DNA from: a virus
IMG/VR virus record: IMGVR_UViG_3300030430_004473
Coordinates: 11,828 to 75,827 of that record
DNA: 64,000 nt
Reading direction: 5' to 3' (one strand)
The translations under genes were made by a program, and so were the position numbers. Shown piece after piece: positions 10,004 to 19,400 of the stretch (positions within the stretch are counted from its first letter, which is position 1; each line of letters opens with the position of its first letter). The notes beneath the pieces were generated by a model that did no database searches, had not been told where the DNA came from, and worked only from the letters and a program-made list of their open reading frames with translations.

Positions 10004-10823
10004 GTCCTATATAGTCTGTGTCAATCAATAGCATTTCGTCATACGTTGATGAACAAATGCCAAAAATAGACAATCGTTGTTGTAGTGTTTTAAGTATTGT
10101 AAATGTTAGTTTTTCTTCTAAAAATAATGTAGTTTGTTTCTTCTTCATAGCAAAGTAATTAATGAATTTCTTATTGTGAGTAAGAAACTGAGTATAGCCG
10201 GACCCGTCTATGCTTTTTACTTTATGAGCTAGACAATACTTTAATCTTCTCATTGTGTTGACTCTACCAACATGGCACCATACATCATGTTCCATACATA
10301 AAGAAGATATCCACGGAATAGCTTCTAGTTTTGGTTCTGTTGTTCCACCTACGAAAATACCATATCCTCTACTAACAAAAGGAAGAAGATCGTCTTTGGT
10401 CATGCCATCTTGCCAAACAAGTAATAACTTCGTATCTAGATCTAGTTGTTCTAACCGATCAATCCACTCATCAGCTTGTTCCAGTGTTGCTTTGCTATCT
10501 CCTACTACATCAGGAATCGCAATCCAGTCAGCTCCGTTTCCTAAGTCTTTACACATGTTAATAAATCGATCTTCATCAAAGTCTGTTCCTTTGTTGTAAT
10601 CAATATAAGCACCGTTATCCAGGCCGTATCCTCTCAAGTTGATAGAATGAAGTAGATAGTCTTTTTTGTTCCAGAATTGTGGACTCAGTACAACACGCAT
10701 AGCCAAACGAGAAAACACTTTATGACGTTGAATATCATTCTTTCTATGTACTGAATGAATGAAAGATCCATACATAACAATGTTCATTTCTTTATAGATA
10801 TTATGATCGTCAGCTATTATCAT
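9951..10823 (-). CDS. DpdA-like TGT-fold DNA 7-deazaguanine transglycosylase
   Basis: LDNGAY, IPDVVGD, VWQDG, FVGG, HVGRVNT, SIDGS match TGT-barrel strand motifs. It sits directly upstream of queC-queE. Confidence 0.7.
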   Translation of the reverse strand: MIIADDHNIYKEMNIVMYGSFIHSVHRKNDIQRHKVFSRLAMRVVLSPQFWNKKDYLLHSINLRGYGLDNGAYIDYNKGTDFDEDRFINMCKDLGNGADWIAIPDVVGDSKATLEQADEWIDRLEQLDLDTKLLLVWQDGMTKDDLLPFVSRGYGIFVGGTTEPKLEAIPWISSLCMEHDVWCHVGRVNTMRRLKYCLAHKVKSIDGSGYTQFLTHNKKFINYFAMKKKQTTLFLEEKLTFTILKTLQQRLSIFGICSSTYDEMLLIDTDYIGLGKNDSKEDYPFLRWDR

Positions 10824-10918
10824 GAATAAACAATAACACAGAATGAGCTATTATTCAACGAATAATCTGTTTTGTGTTATTATATTGCTACATATAAAAG
10901 ACACAAGGAGGTCGAAAA

Positions 10919-13696
10919 ATGGAATTTGCTATTGTTGTTCCTACAATGGGACTATCACACGTTAAAGAATTATGTCAATCTATCATTGAAAACTGGAGGG
11001 GTAGAGGTCTATTGGTTCTGTCTTTCAATCCTAAAGATACGCACATGGCCTTGTTAGTAAAAAATGAATGTGATTCATTATTGAAAGCAGCTACAGAATC
11101 AATGCATGGTTTTGAATACAAGATTATCTATCATGATCATCCTTTGGGTTTTGGTGCAGCTGTTAATGTTGGTCTGAGAGAAATACCAAACTTAAAAGAA
11201 ATAAAGCAAGTCATTATATTGAATGATGATTGTATAGTTACTTCTGGCTGGCGAGAGGGTTTATGGAATGGTCATATTACTAACAAAGCCCAAACAGCTC
11301 ATCAAAGCATGACAGGAAAAGAACAATCTCCGATAGGTTTGCTGGGTGGACCGGTCGGCTTGGTTTCAGCATGTTCGTTTAATGTATCCGGTGAACAGAA
11401 TATTGGTAATGAAGGAAACTTGAAAGCTTTTGAAAAAATGGGCATTAAAGAATTTTCTCGTCAATATAAACTTCAGTTATCAAATCAATACCTTAGAGCT
11501 GACTTTATTAGTGGGTTTGTCTTATCTATTGAAAATAGTTGTTTTTGGGATCTTGTAGAAGAAACAGAAAAAGGAATCTGTTTATTTGATGAACGATTTT
11601 TGATAGGTGGTTTTGAAGATAATGATCTATGTTATCGAGCAACAAAAGCTGGATATCAAATGTTGATAGCGAAAGATACGTTTATTCATCATCTCGGTCA
11701 CAAATCATTTGGTTCATACTATCCAGAAGCTCTAGTGGGTTTACATAATCGTGATGTATATTACAACAAATGGAAAGAAGAAACACAACGAGATCAGAAA
11801 CTTGTAGCTGCTTACAGACTTGCAATAAAATGCGTTAATGATTTGGTACAGTTCCGATCTTCAGTGAAAAAAGCTATTGGCGTTGGTGTTAAAGGTTTTG
11901 CGATTTTACTGACGAACAATCCGAAATCGTTACTAGATTCTTATGACAAAAACCTACTTCATTCTTTGCCACCAGAAGAAAGAAAATTTGCTGAAGAGCT
12001 GGTCAAATGTCAAGATCAAGAGGCAATAATCGAGAAGTTTGAAGATTACATAACGATATTGACCGGATATGTAGAGGCCAATTTAGGCTATACCGATTGG
12101 AAGAGTTTCAATGAACGAAAAGAAAGAAACAGAACACACGAATTAGCTGAAGAAATGGGAGCTGATTGGATCATTTCTATAGATAGTGATGAAGTCATAG
12201 AAGATCGTATTACAAAAGACTATATGGATCGATTGATGAAACATCCTGATCCTTTGGTTATGGGCTATCATACCGGCTGGATCAATCACTGGGAAACAAT
12301 GAATCTAGTAAGAACAGACAAACCTTTTACAAGCGGACCAGACTTGAAAGCTAGTATGATTGGCGTTAGAATGTGGAAAACTAGAAAGAATCCTTTGAGA
12401 ATAGTATCAGGAACAGACAACGGCTTACATTGTGGTAATGCACCGGAATATAGTCCATACACAATTCGAGTAGCCGGTTTTCGATTCAGACACTTGTCAC
12501 ATGTTCGAGGTGTTGACAGAATAGCAAAGAAATTATTTTATGACAACATAGATCAATCTAAAGAATCAATCTTTATAGGCCAAAATGATGGCTACAATCA
12601 TATAGTTCAACGTGATGATGTTGTAGTTCAGTTGTTCAATCCAGCGAACGGAATAGCTGGTTTTATGCTTTGCTACGAAGAAGAAGAAACAGAATTAGTA
12701 GCTCAAAAGTTAGAATTGATGTATTCGGTTTGTGATTATGCAATTATAGTTTGGACTAGCAAAGAAGAAAAGAGTGAAAAACTATTATCATTAGCTGCTC
12801 ATTATAAAGCGATATGGCTACACAAAGAGTTTGATCGTAATGTAGGACTATCTGAATGTAGAAACGCAGCTGTAGACTATATTCGAGAAAACCTATTACA
12901 AAAAGGTGTCAGTTGGGCGTTGTTCTATGACCCTGATGAAATGTTGTTGGAATCTCCACATGTTCACAATGCAAGTATTAGAAGATGTGCAGAATTGAAT
13001 GACAGTTGGGGTATTTCATTCACTTTCAAAAACAAATTGCCAAAAGGTTCGACACTTCCTGTATCTAACAGTTCTTCTATTCGTATGTTCAGAGTAGATC
13101 CGCAAGGCATTATGCGTTTTAGCGGTAGAGTTCATGAGTCATTTGATGATAGTTTAACGTTTTTACAAAATCAAAATATCAATCCTTTGATTAAAACATT
13201 CCCATACAACATGTTGAATCTAGGCCTATCCAAAGATCCAGAAGCTATGAAAAAGAAATTATTGAAGTATACAGAAATGCTAGTGAATGACTTAGAACAA
13301 AATCCTTTACGATCTCAGTGTTGGCTAGCTCTAGGTTTGCAATATGTTAATGAAGGTGACATGGAAAAAGCAGAAATCTGTATGGAACGAAGTTGTATGA
13401 CAGCTGGCGGTGCATATATGCCGTTCAAAGAGTTGGCAACGATACAAATAAACAAAACATTAGCTCTGATATTGAAGTCAAAAGAAAGATTAAATGGTGG
13501 AGAGTCTGTTTATTGGCCTGGTGTTGACGATCTTATCAAAGTCATTACGAAAGTTGTTCCTCCTCATCCTATTATCAATACGGGTCCGAAGAACATCATA
13601 GAAGATTTGGAATTGCCTTTCTTCCCTTATGATCGTATAACAGTAAATGAAGAAGGCGATTTTATAATTATACCAGAGCAACAAAATGAAGAATAA
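10919..13696 (+). CDS. multi-domain GT2 glycosyltransferase (three GT-A domains plus TPR-like C-terminus)
   Basis: GFGAAVN/ILNDD/FDERF..GFEDNDL; ERKERN/IISIDSDE; SECRN/FYDPDE/FSGRVHE; WLALGLQY TPR-like end. Confidence 0.85.
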   Translation: MEFAIVVPTMGLSHVKELCQSIIENWRGRGLLVLSFNPKDTHMALLVKNECDSLLKAATESMHGFEYKIIYHDHPLGFGAAVNVGLREIPNLKEIKQVIILNDDCIVTSGWREGLWNGHITNKAQTAHQSMTGKEQSPIGLLGGPVGLVSACSFNVSGEQNIGNEGNLKAFEKMGIKEFSRQYKLQLSNQYLRADFISGFVLSIENSCFWDLVEETEKGICLFDERFLIGGFEDNDLCYRATKAGYQMLIAKDTFIHHLGHKSFGSYYPEALVGLHNRDVYYNKWKEETQRDQKLVAAYRLAIKCVNDLVQFRSSVKKAIGVGVKGFAILLTNNPKSLLDSYDKNLLHSLPPEERKFAEELVKCQDQEAIIEKFEDYITILTGYVEANLGYTDWKSFNERKERNRTHELAEEMGADWIISIDSDEVIEDRITKDYMDRLMKHPDPLVMGYHTGWINHWETMNLVRTDKPFTSGPDLKASMIGVRMWKTRKNPLRIVSGTDNGLHCGNAPEYSPYTIRVAGFRFRHLSHVRGVDRIAKKLFYDNIDQSKESIFIGQNDGYNHIVQRDDVVVQLFNPANGIAGFMLCYEEEETELVAQKLELMYSVCDYAIIVWTSKEEKSEKLLSLAAHYKAIWLHKEFDRNVGLSECRNAAVDYIRENLLQKGVSWALFYDPDEMLLESPHVHNASIRRCAELNDSWGISFTFKNKLPKGSTLPVSNSSSIRMFRVDPQGIMRFSGRVHESFDDSLTFLQNQNINPLIKTFPYNMLNLGLSKDPEAMKKKLLKYTEMLVNDLEQNPLRSQCWLALGLQYVNEGDMEKAEICMERSCMTAGGAYMPFKELATIQINKTLALILKSKERLNGGESVYWPGVDDLIKVITKVVPPHPIINTGPKNIIEDLELPFFPYDRITVNEEGDFIIIPEQQNEE

Positions 13697-14153
13697 AACA
13701 GGACTTCGGTTTGATACAAGGCAGCTAGACTTTCTACGAAAAATAGAAAAGAAAACCGGTCAAGCTAGTGCGAAAGCTATAGCAAAGACCGGAGCTGTAA
13801 TGTTACAAGAAATAAAGAAGTCTGTCAATATGGCAGCTTTTAGTCAAGCTCAATTAGCGGGCATGGATCATCCGTATGCAAAACGACATGGAAAAATTGG
13901 AAATCTCAAAGGCAGGCCGAGTTATGCAGTAGGAAAAAATACCGGCAAGTTTGCTAGAACGATTTTAGGTAAAACAACGAATCAATATGAATATCGAATA
14001 TTTTATCAAGATTCTGAAATAGGAAGATATATTGTATTAGGTACTCGAATCATGTTAGCTAGAGATCCGATAGGCCAAACTTTTCAATCGAGAAAAACAC
14101 AACAATTATTCAAAAAAACATTAAATAAAGAATTCAAAAGAGCTATGAAATGA
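13686..14153 (+). CDS. putative neck / tail-completion protein (HK97 gp10-like)
   Basis: Basic; TGKFARTI ... YIVLGTRIMLARD pattern; located before the terminator and tube genes. Confidence 0.6.
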   Translation: MKNKTGLRFDTRQLDFLRKIEKKTGQASAKAIAKTGAVMLQEIKKSVNMAAFSQAQLAGMDHPYAKRHGKIGNLKGRPSYAVGKNTGKFARTILGKTTNQYEYRIFYQDSEIGRYIVLGTRIMLARDPIGQTFQSRKTQQLFKKTLNKEFKRAMK

Positions 14154-14563
14154 AGTCTGATCCGTTAGAATTGTTACAATTGATTCGATTGAAGTTATTA
14201 AGTACTTCAGCAGTGACCGATTTGGTAGGTGAGCGTATTCATACAAGTCATTATATGGACTTTGATAATGAAACCAGACCGTTGCCAGCGGTGATTATCG
14301 AGTTACAAGGTGGTGACATGAATTATAGTCAGAAACTTCAATCTACAACATTGTATATATATACTTATTCAAACCAAAACTCAGCTCAAGCTACCGAGTT
14401 GTATCATCAAGTTACTCTAGCTCTACATGCTCAAGAATTGAATCATGCCGAATTAACATTGAAGGGAATGATAGAAGAAACTACCAGACCGATAAGTGGC
14501 TATAATGACAAAGTAAGATCTTGGTTTCTGAGAGGAAGTTTTTTAGCTTTGACAGTAGGATAG
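14150..14563 (+). CDS. tail terminator / completion protein (DUF3168 / gp17-like)
   Basis: LLSTSAVTDLVGERIH...LPAVII pattern and synteny. Confidence 0.7.
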   Translation: MKSDPLELLQLIRLKLLSTSAVTDLVGERIHTSHYMDFDNETRPLPAVIIELQGGDMNYSQKLQSTTLYIYTYSNQNSAQATELYHQVTLALHAQELNHAELTLKGMIEETTRPISGYNDKVRSWFLRGSFLALTVG

Positions 14564-14572
14564 GAGATAAAC

Positions 14573-14827
14573 ATGCCGGAGAAAGAGAAAGATTTTGAAG
14601 ATAACCTAGAACATTGGCATTGTGAAAAGTGCAAAATACGAATAGGCGTTGTGGATAAAGAAGAACAACAAATCAGAGTACGATATAAAGATCTAGTAGT
14701 TCTATACGATTGGAAAGGAATAAGTAAGAATGATGATGAGCTGAAAATTATCTGTAGACGTTGTGCTTGGATGAATACAAAAAAGCGAATCGATCTGAAT
14801 ATTGATACACAAAAACAAAAAAGGTGA
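14573..14827 (+). CDS. Com-like zinc-ribbon protein
   Basis: WHCEKCKIRIG...IICRRCAWMN. Confidence 0.55.
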   Translation: MPEKEKDFEDNLEHWHCEKCKIRIGVVDKEEQQIRVRYKDLVVLYDWKGISKNDDELKIICRRCAWMNTKKRIDLNIDTQKQKR

Positions 14828-14857
14828 TATACTATAGACAATCATTAAGGAGAAATT

Positions 14858-15451
14858 ATGGCATTAAATCAACCGAATGGAAATACAAATAATATATCGT
14901 TTGGGCCTGGTGTAGTTAAGATTGGGCCGTGGCAGGATACGAATCCGAACCCACCTACCAGCTTTTCTGGTGATATCACCCCAGCGACGGATGTAGGTTT
15001 TATCGGAGAAGATGGGATCACAATAGAATTAACTTCTGAAAAACGAAATATCGTTCAAGGTAATCCACAAATTGTTACTTATAGCTTTGCTACGTCTCAA
15101 TCAGTTATGATCAATTTTACTTCTATTGAGTACGATTTTGAAAACTTCGTCTTTGCTTTGGGAGCTGGTGCTACTTCTAACCCTGCAGGACAATCTCTAT
15201 TTGCTTTTGGTGGTAATCCTTTGAATACAGAATGTGCAATATTCATAGAGCATAAAATGGCAAGTAGTGGAAACACACTAAATATCTATGCTTGGAAATG
15301 TCAAAGTGAATCCGGCTTTAGTATTCCTCTAACAGCTACAGAAGAACATTCGTTCGAATTCTCTTTTCAAGTATTAAACTCGGTTTATGACTGGCAAGGT
15401 CAAGTTTTGCCAGCTGAAGAAGGTTTGATAAGATTGCAACGAGTATATTAA
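14858..15451 (+). CDS. major tail tube protein
   Basis: NISFGPG, DVGF, ITIELTSE beta-sandwich pattern; strong AAGGAG RBS; terminator follows; lies upstream of chaperone and TMP. Confidence 0.8.
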   Translation: MALNQPNGNTNNISFGPGVVKIGPWQDTNPNPPTSFSGDITPATDVGFIGEDGITIELTSEKRNIVQGNPQIVTYSFATSQSVMINFTSIEYDFENFVFALGAGATSNPAGQSLFAFGGNPLNTECAIFIEHKMASSGNTLNIYAWKCQSESGFSIPLTATEEHSFEFSFQVLNSVYDWQGQVLPAEEGLIRLQRVY

Positions 15452-15497
15452 TTTAAACTGTTTGTATAGTTCATAAATAATTTCCTTTATTTGGTTC

Positions 15498-15538
15498 GGG
15501 TGGGTTTTGTAGGTTAGGCTCACCCTTTTCTTTTTTTT
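15498..15538 (+). terminator. intrinsic terminator after the tail tube gene
   Basis: GGGTGGGTTT/AGGCTCACCC stem followed by a T run. Confidence 0.75.
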
Positions 15539-15575
15539 GTGTTATAGTATTCTGTATTACAAAGGAGGCAGAATA

Positions 15576-16052
15576 ATGTCAGAAAAAACAGATACACAAA
15601 CAAAAGCAGAAGAAGCTACAGAAACTATCAAAGGTTTATTTGCAAACCTCGTTCCGGTAGATAGAACAACAGTGACAGATATTTTTGGTGAAGAACATCA
15701 CTTGTCATGTACTATATCAGCTCGAACACAGATCAAACTATTACGATTGATAGAAGAAGTGAAAGACGTTGAATTTAACATTGATTTCTCAACAGATGAA
15801 GTCAATATTATAGATATGCTTTTATCACTAGCAAACAATGAAAAGTTTTTAGCAGTACTAGGAAAGTGCTTTGATCTGGCCTATCCCAAAGTAGTTGCAG
15901 AAGTCAAATTTGAAGCTGACCAAAACGGAATTGACGCTGATGATGCTCTAGATCTATTTCCAATTGAAGATGTAATCGGAGCAATCGCCCCTTTATTTAT
16001 TCGCCTAGCAAAAAAGACAATGGGAGCGTTGCAAACCGTAACGGAAAGCTAG
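15576..16052 (+). CDS. tail assembly chaperone (gpG-like)
   Basis: Between tube and TMP, acidic, AAAGGAGG RBS, slippery heptamers near its 3' end. Confidence 0.8.
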   Translation: MSEKTDTQTKAEEATETIKGLFANLVPVDRTTVTDIFGEEHHLSCTISARTQIKLLRLIEEVKDVEFNIDFSTDEVNIIDMLLSLANNEKFLAVLGKCFDLAYPKVVAEVKFEADQNGIDADDALDLFPIEDVIGAIAPLFIRLAKKTMGALQTVTES

Positions 16053-16396
16053 GCGTACCGCCCAAAAAGAAAACAGAAAAAGAACAAGTCGAAGAGCTTG
16101 AAGAAGTTATCGGTACTTTAATAGAATCTGGATATGATCTAGAAAGAGTACTGGACTTTTCTTTTGAACAAATATCGTTTATTGCTCGGTGTATCGTTCG
16201 ACACAAAGCAAAAATGCTTAATATGGTTTTCGAGCCGATAGCTGCCGGTTTCAGTAAGAAAGGAAAAAAACAAAGACGTGCTGAAAGTATCGAAACGCAA
16301 AAGAAATTACGTCAATCTGGAGCTTCTCCGGAAGTTCGAGATCAAATGCTTGTTGACAAACTAGCTGGTCTCGGAATATCAGTTAAAGATCAATGA
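15989..16396 (+). CDS. -1 frameshift extension of the tail chaperone (gpGT-like)
   Basis: The -1 frame is open 15968-16396. In-phase slippery sites are C CCT TTA (15989-15995) and A AAA AAG (16010-16016). It encodes ...ESGYDLERVLDFSFEQI... Confidence 0.8.
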   Translation, partial: PFIYSPSKKDNGSVANRNGKLGVPPKKKTEKEQVEELEEVIGTLIESGYDLERVLDFSFEQISFIARCIVRHKAKMLNMVFEPIAAGFSKKGKKQRRAESIETQKKLRQSGASPEVRDQMLVDKLAGLGISVKDQ

Positions 16397-16430
16397 ATGA
16401 TGATATAATGATATTCATTAGGAGATAAAC

Positions 16431-19400
16431 ATGGCTTCATTGTATTCAATCGCAGCTAGCATGAACATAGATGTAAAGCAGTTTAAGAGTCAGTTAGGAT
16501 CGGCTCAAAAAAGCTTAAATATGTTTCAAAACAGTTTAGGTGCAGTAAACAAAGCTATGGGTGCTATTGCGATTGGTGGATTAGCAGCTATAACCGCTGG
16601 ACTAGGTAAGTTAGCAAAACAGACAGTACAGACAGGCATGGCCTTTGAAAAGTCTATGGCTCAATTAGCTGCAGTAAAAGGTTTCACAGACGGATCGGCA
16701 GAAGCTGAAAGAGGAATAAAGAAACTAGAAAAGACCGCTAGAGAGTTAGGAAAGAGCACGGCATATTCGGCTACGCAAGCTTCAGACGCTATGATTGAGT
16801 TAGGTCGTGCCGGTTTAACAGCTGCAGAAATCTCTGGTGCGATAGCTCCAAGTTTATTTCTAGCCGGTTCGAGTGCTAGTGATCTAACAAGTGCAACGTC
16901 TTTAATGGCAGCTACAATGAAACAGTTCTCATTAGATACGTCAGACGCTTCAAGAGTTGCAGATGTGTTTACGATAGCCCAACAGGAAACCATGCTATCT
17001 ATGGAATCGTTGACAAATGCTATGAAGTTCGCTGGTACCGTTGGATCGGCTATGAGTATGTCACTAGAAGAAACAACAGCTGCAGTGGGTATGTTTCGAG
17101 ATCTAGGGGTGCAAGGTGCTACGGCTGGTACACAGTTTAGACAGATGATGATATCTCTAGCGAATCCAACAAAAAAGGCTCAAGATACACTGGAAAAGTT
17201 TGGTCTAACTGTAGATGATGTGAATCCACAAGTTAAAGGTTTCAGAGGAATCTTAGAAACATTAGCAAAATCCAATATGGATCTAGCAGATATAACGAAT
17301 CTAGTAAGCAAAAGAGCTTCAGCTTCGGTCACAAAGTTGGTTTCTCAGTTCAAAGCAGCTCAGAATAGTGTTGAAGGAACCACGTTCAAATATGATGATT
17401 TGTTACAGAAATTTGAAGAAGGCGGTGGTAGAGCAGAAACGACATACAATGCTATGATTGATAATGTAGCTGGTCGTTTTGATATATTGAAGTCAGCATT
17501 TGAAGAATTTCAATTAACAATATATGACACGTTTTCAGAACCTTTGAAAGAAGTTATTGGCGGTGATGATACAAGCGGTTTAATCGGTTTGGTGAATACG
17601 TTTACAGAAACCTTTCAAGCTAGTGGTGCAGTGTTCCAACAAATGTTTTCAGAAATGTTTGGAGAAACACTACAGAACATCAATCAGAATCAGACAGAAA
17701 TAGCTGCTGGTTTTATTTCGATCATATCATCAGCTGTTAAATTAGGTCAAACAGTTGTGAGTTTGGTGCCTCACTTCGTGACGTTGTTCAAAGTAGCAGT
17801 AGCGTGGATAGTCACCGCCAAAATATTTGCATTTGCTAAAGCGTTAGTTGTTATGGTTACTGGTATTAAGGCCGGTATAGTTGCATTTGGTGGCCTCAGG
17901 GCAGCTACTATGGCGTTTATAGCTGCGAGTGGGGGTATCCTACCTTTGATAGCTGCGTTTGCTACATTAGTAACGATTATAACAAGTTTCGCAGTAGCAA
18001 GTAGTAAAGCAGCAAAAGAACAGGCAAACGTAACAGAATCTATAAATTCTTCTCGAGACGCCATAGCTAGATTCAACAAAGAAAGAGTATCCGGAGAAAG
18101 AGGAGCCGGTCAAGGTGTTGGAACAGGTATAGAAAGAACAAAAAATCTCAATGCAATCGAGCAACAAATACATTTAGAAGGTCAATTAACTGATGAATTG
18201 AAAAGAGGTTTTAATACTCTTGATAATATGACCGAAGCTCAAGAAAATAAAGCGATAGCAGACGGCAAAATGTTTTCTATTCTGGTTGGTGGTAAGCAAA
18301 TATTAGTCGATCATGCTCAAGCTCTTCGTTTGGAAAATACAGCATTGAACGAAAATGGTGCTATTTCTGATCAGTTGGTTCAGAAACAAGAGGCTATCAA
18401 CAAAGCTAGAGAAGAAGCAACCGCTCAATATAAAGCAGATCGCCAAGCGATAGAAGATGTCAAAGAAGCTATCAGAGTATATAACGAGGAAAATGATAGT
18501 GGAAGAACCTTGTCGCAAGCTGTAGCAAGAGCATCAGGTAACTTTTCACAAGAGCTACAAAAAGTTGCTTACAACGGTAATAATGCCGAAGAAGTTCTAC
18601 AACAAATGATCAACAAGTTAGGAGCAGCTGAACAAGGATTTGTCAGAGCAGATCAAGCAGCTGATAACTTTAATGAACAATTGGCCCAGGCCGAAGAACA
18701 ACGAAGAAAACAAGAGGCTGAGGCCGAACAAAAAGCAGCTGAAGAAAAGAAGAAAAAAAGAGCTGATGATTTCAAAAAACGTCAAAAAGAAATGAAGAAA
18801 GCAATTGAAGCTCGAATAAAACTAGAACAGAAATTGCAAGATCAAATAGATGTTATTCGAGCAAAAGATTCAGATAAAGCGAGCGTACTACTACAACAAC
18901 GATTCAACGAAGTTCGTAAAGTATATAATGAAGAGCTGAAGTTTATCGGTTCGAATTTAGCAAAACGTAGACAGTTAGAATTAGATTATTTACAGACGAT
19001 AACACTACTCACAGAAGAAGCTAACGCCAAACGATTACAAGGTTTGATTGATACAGCTGAACAAGTCGAACAACAGAATGAATTTTATGGAAAAAATGAA
19101 ATTCAAAGAATCCGAGAACAAACAAAAGCAAGGATCGATCAATTAAAAGAAGAACGTGATGAAATCATAAAGAATAATGAAACTCTAGCGAATGAGAGAG
19201 TAGGACAAATCATAACGGATATGGACTCCGGTGCTCTTAGTGGTGAAGAAGCTGATGTTGCTATGGCAGAAACAGATAGTCAGTTAGCAGCCGGAAACCT
19301 AGAAGCTGAAAAAGCATTTATTCAAGCTCGAAATGCAGTGCAGTTACAGGGCGGTAGAGAGTTAGCAGAAGCTTTAGAAGCTATAGATAACGAAATAGCT

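Noticed and set aside
16214-16396. Independent 60-aa gene before the TMP
   Set aside because: It has no RBS and is the end of the -1 frameshifted chaperone extension.
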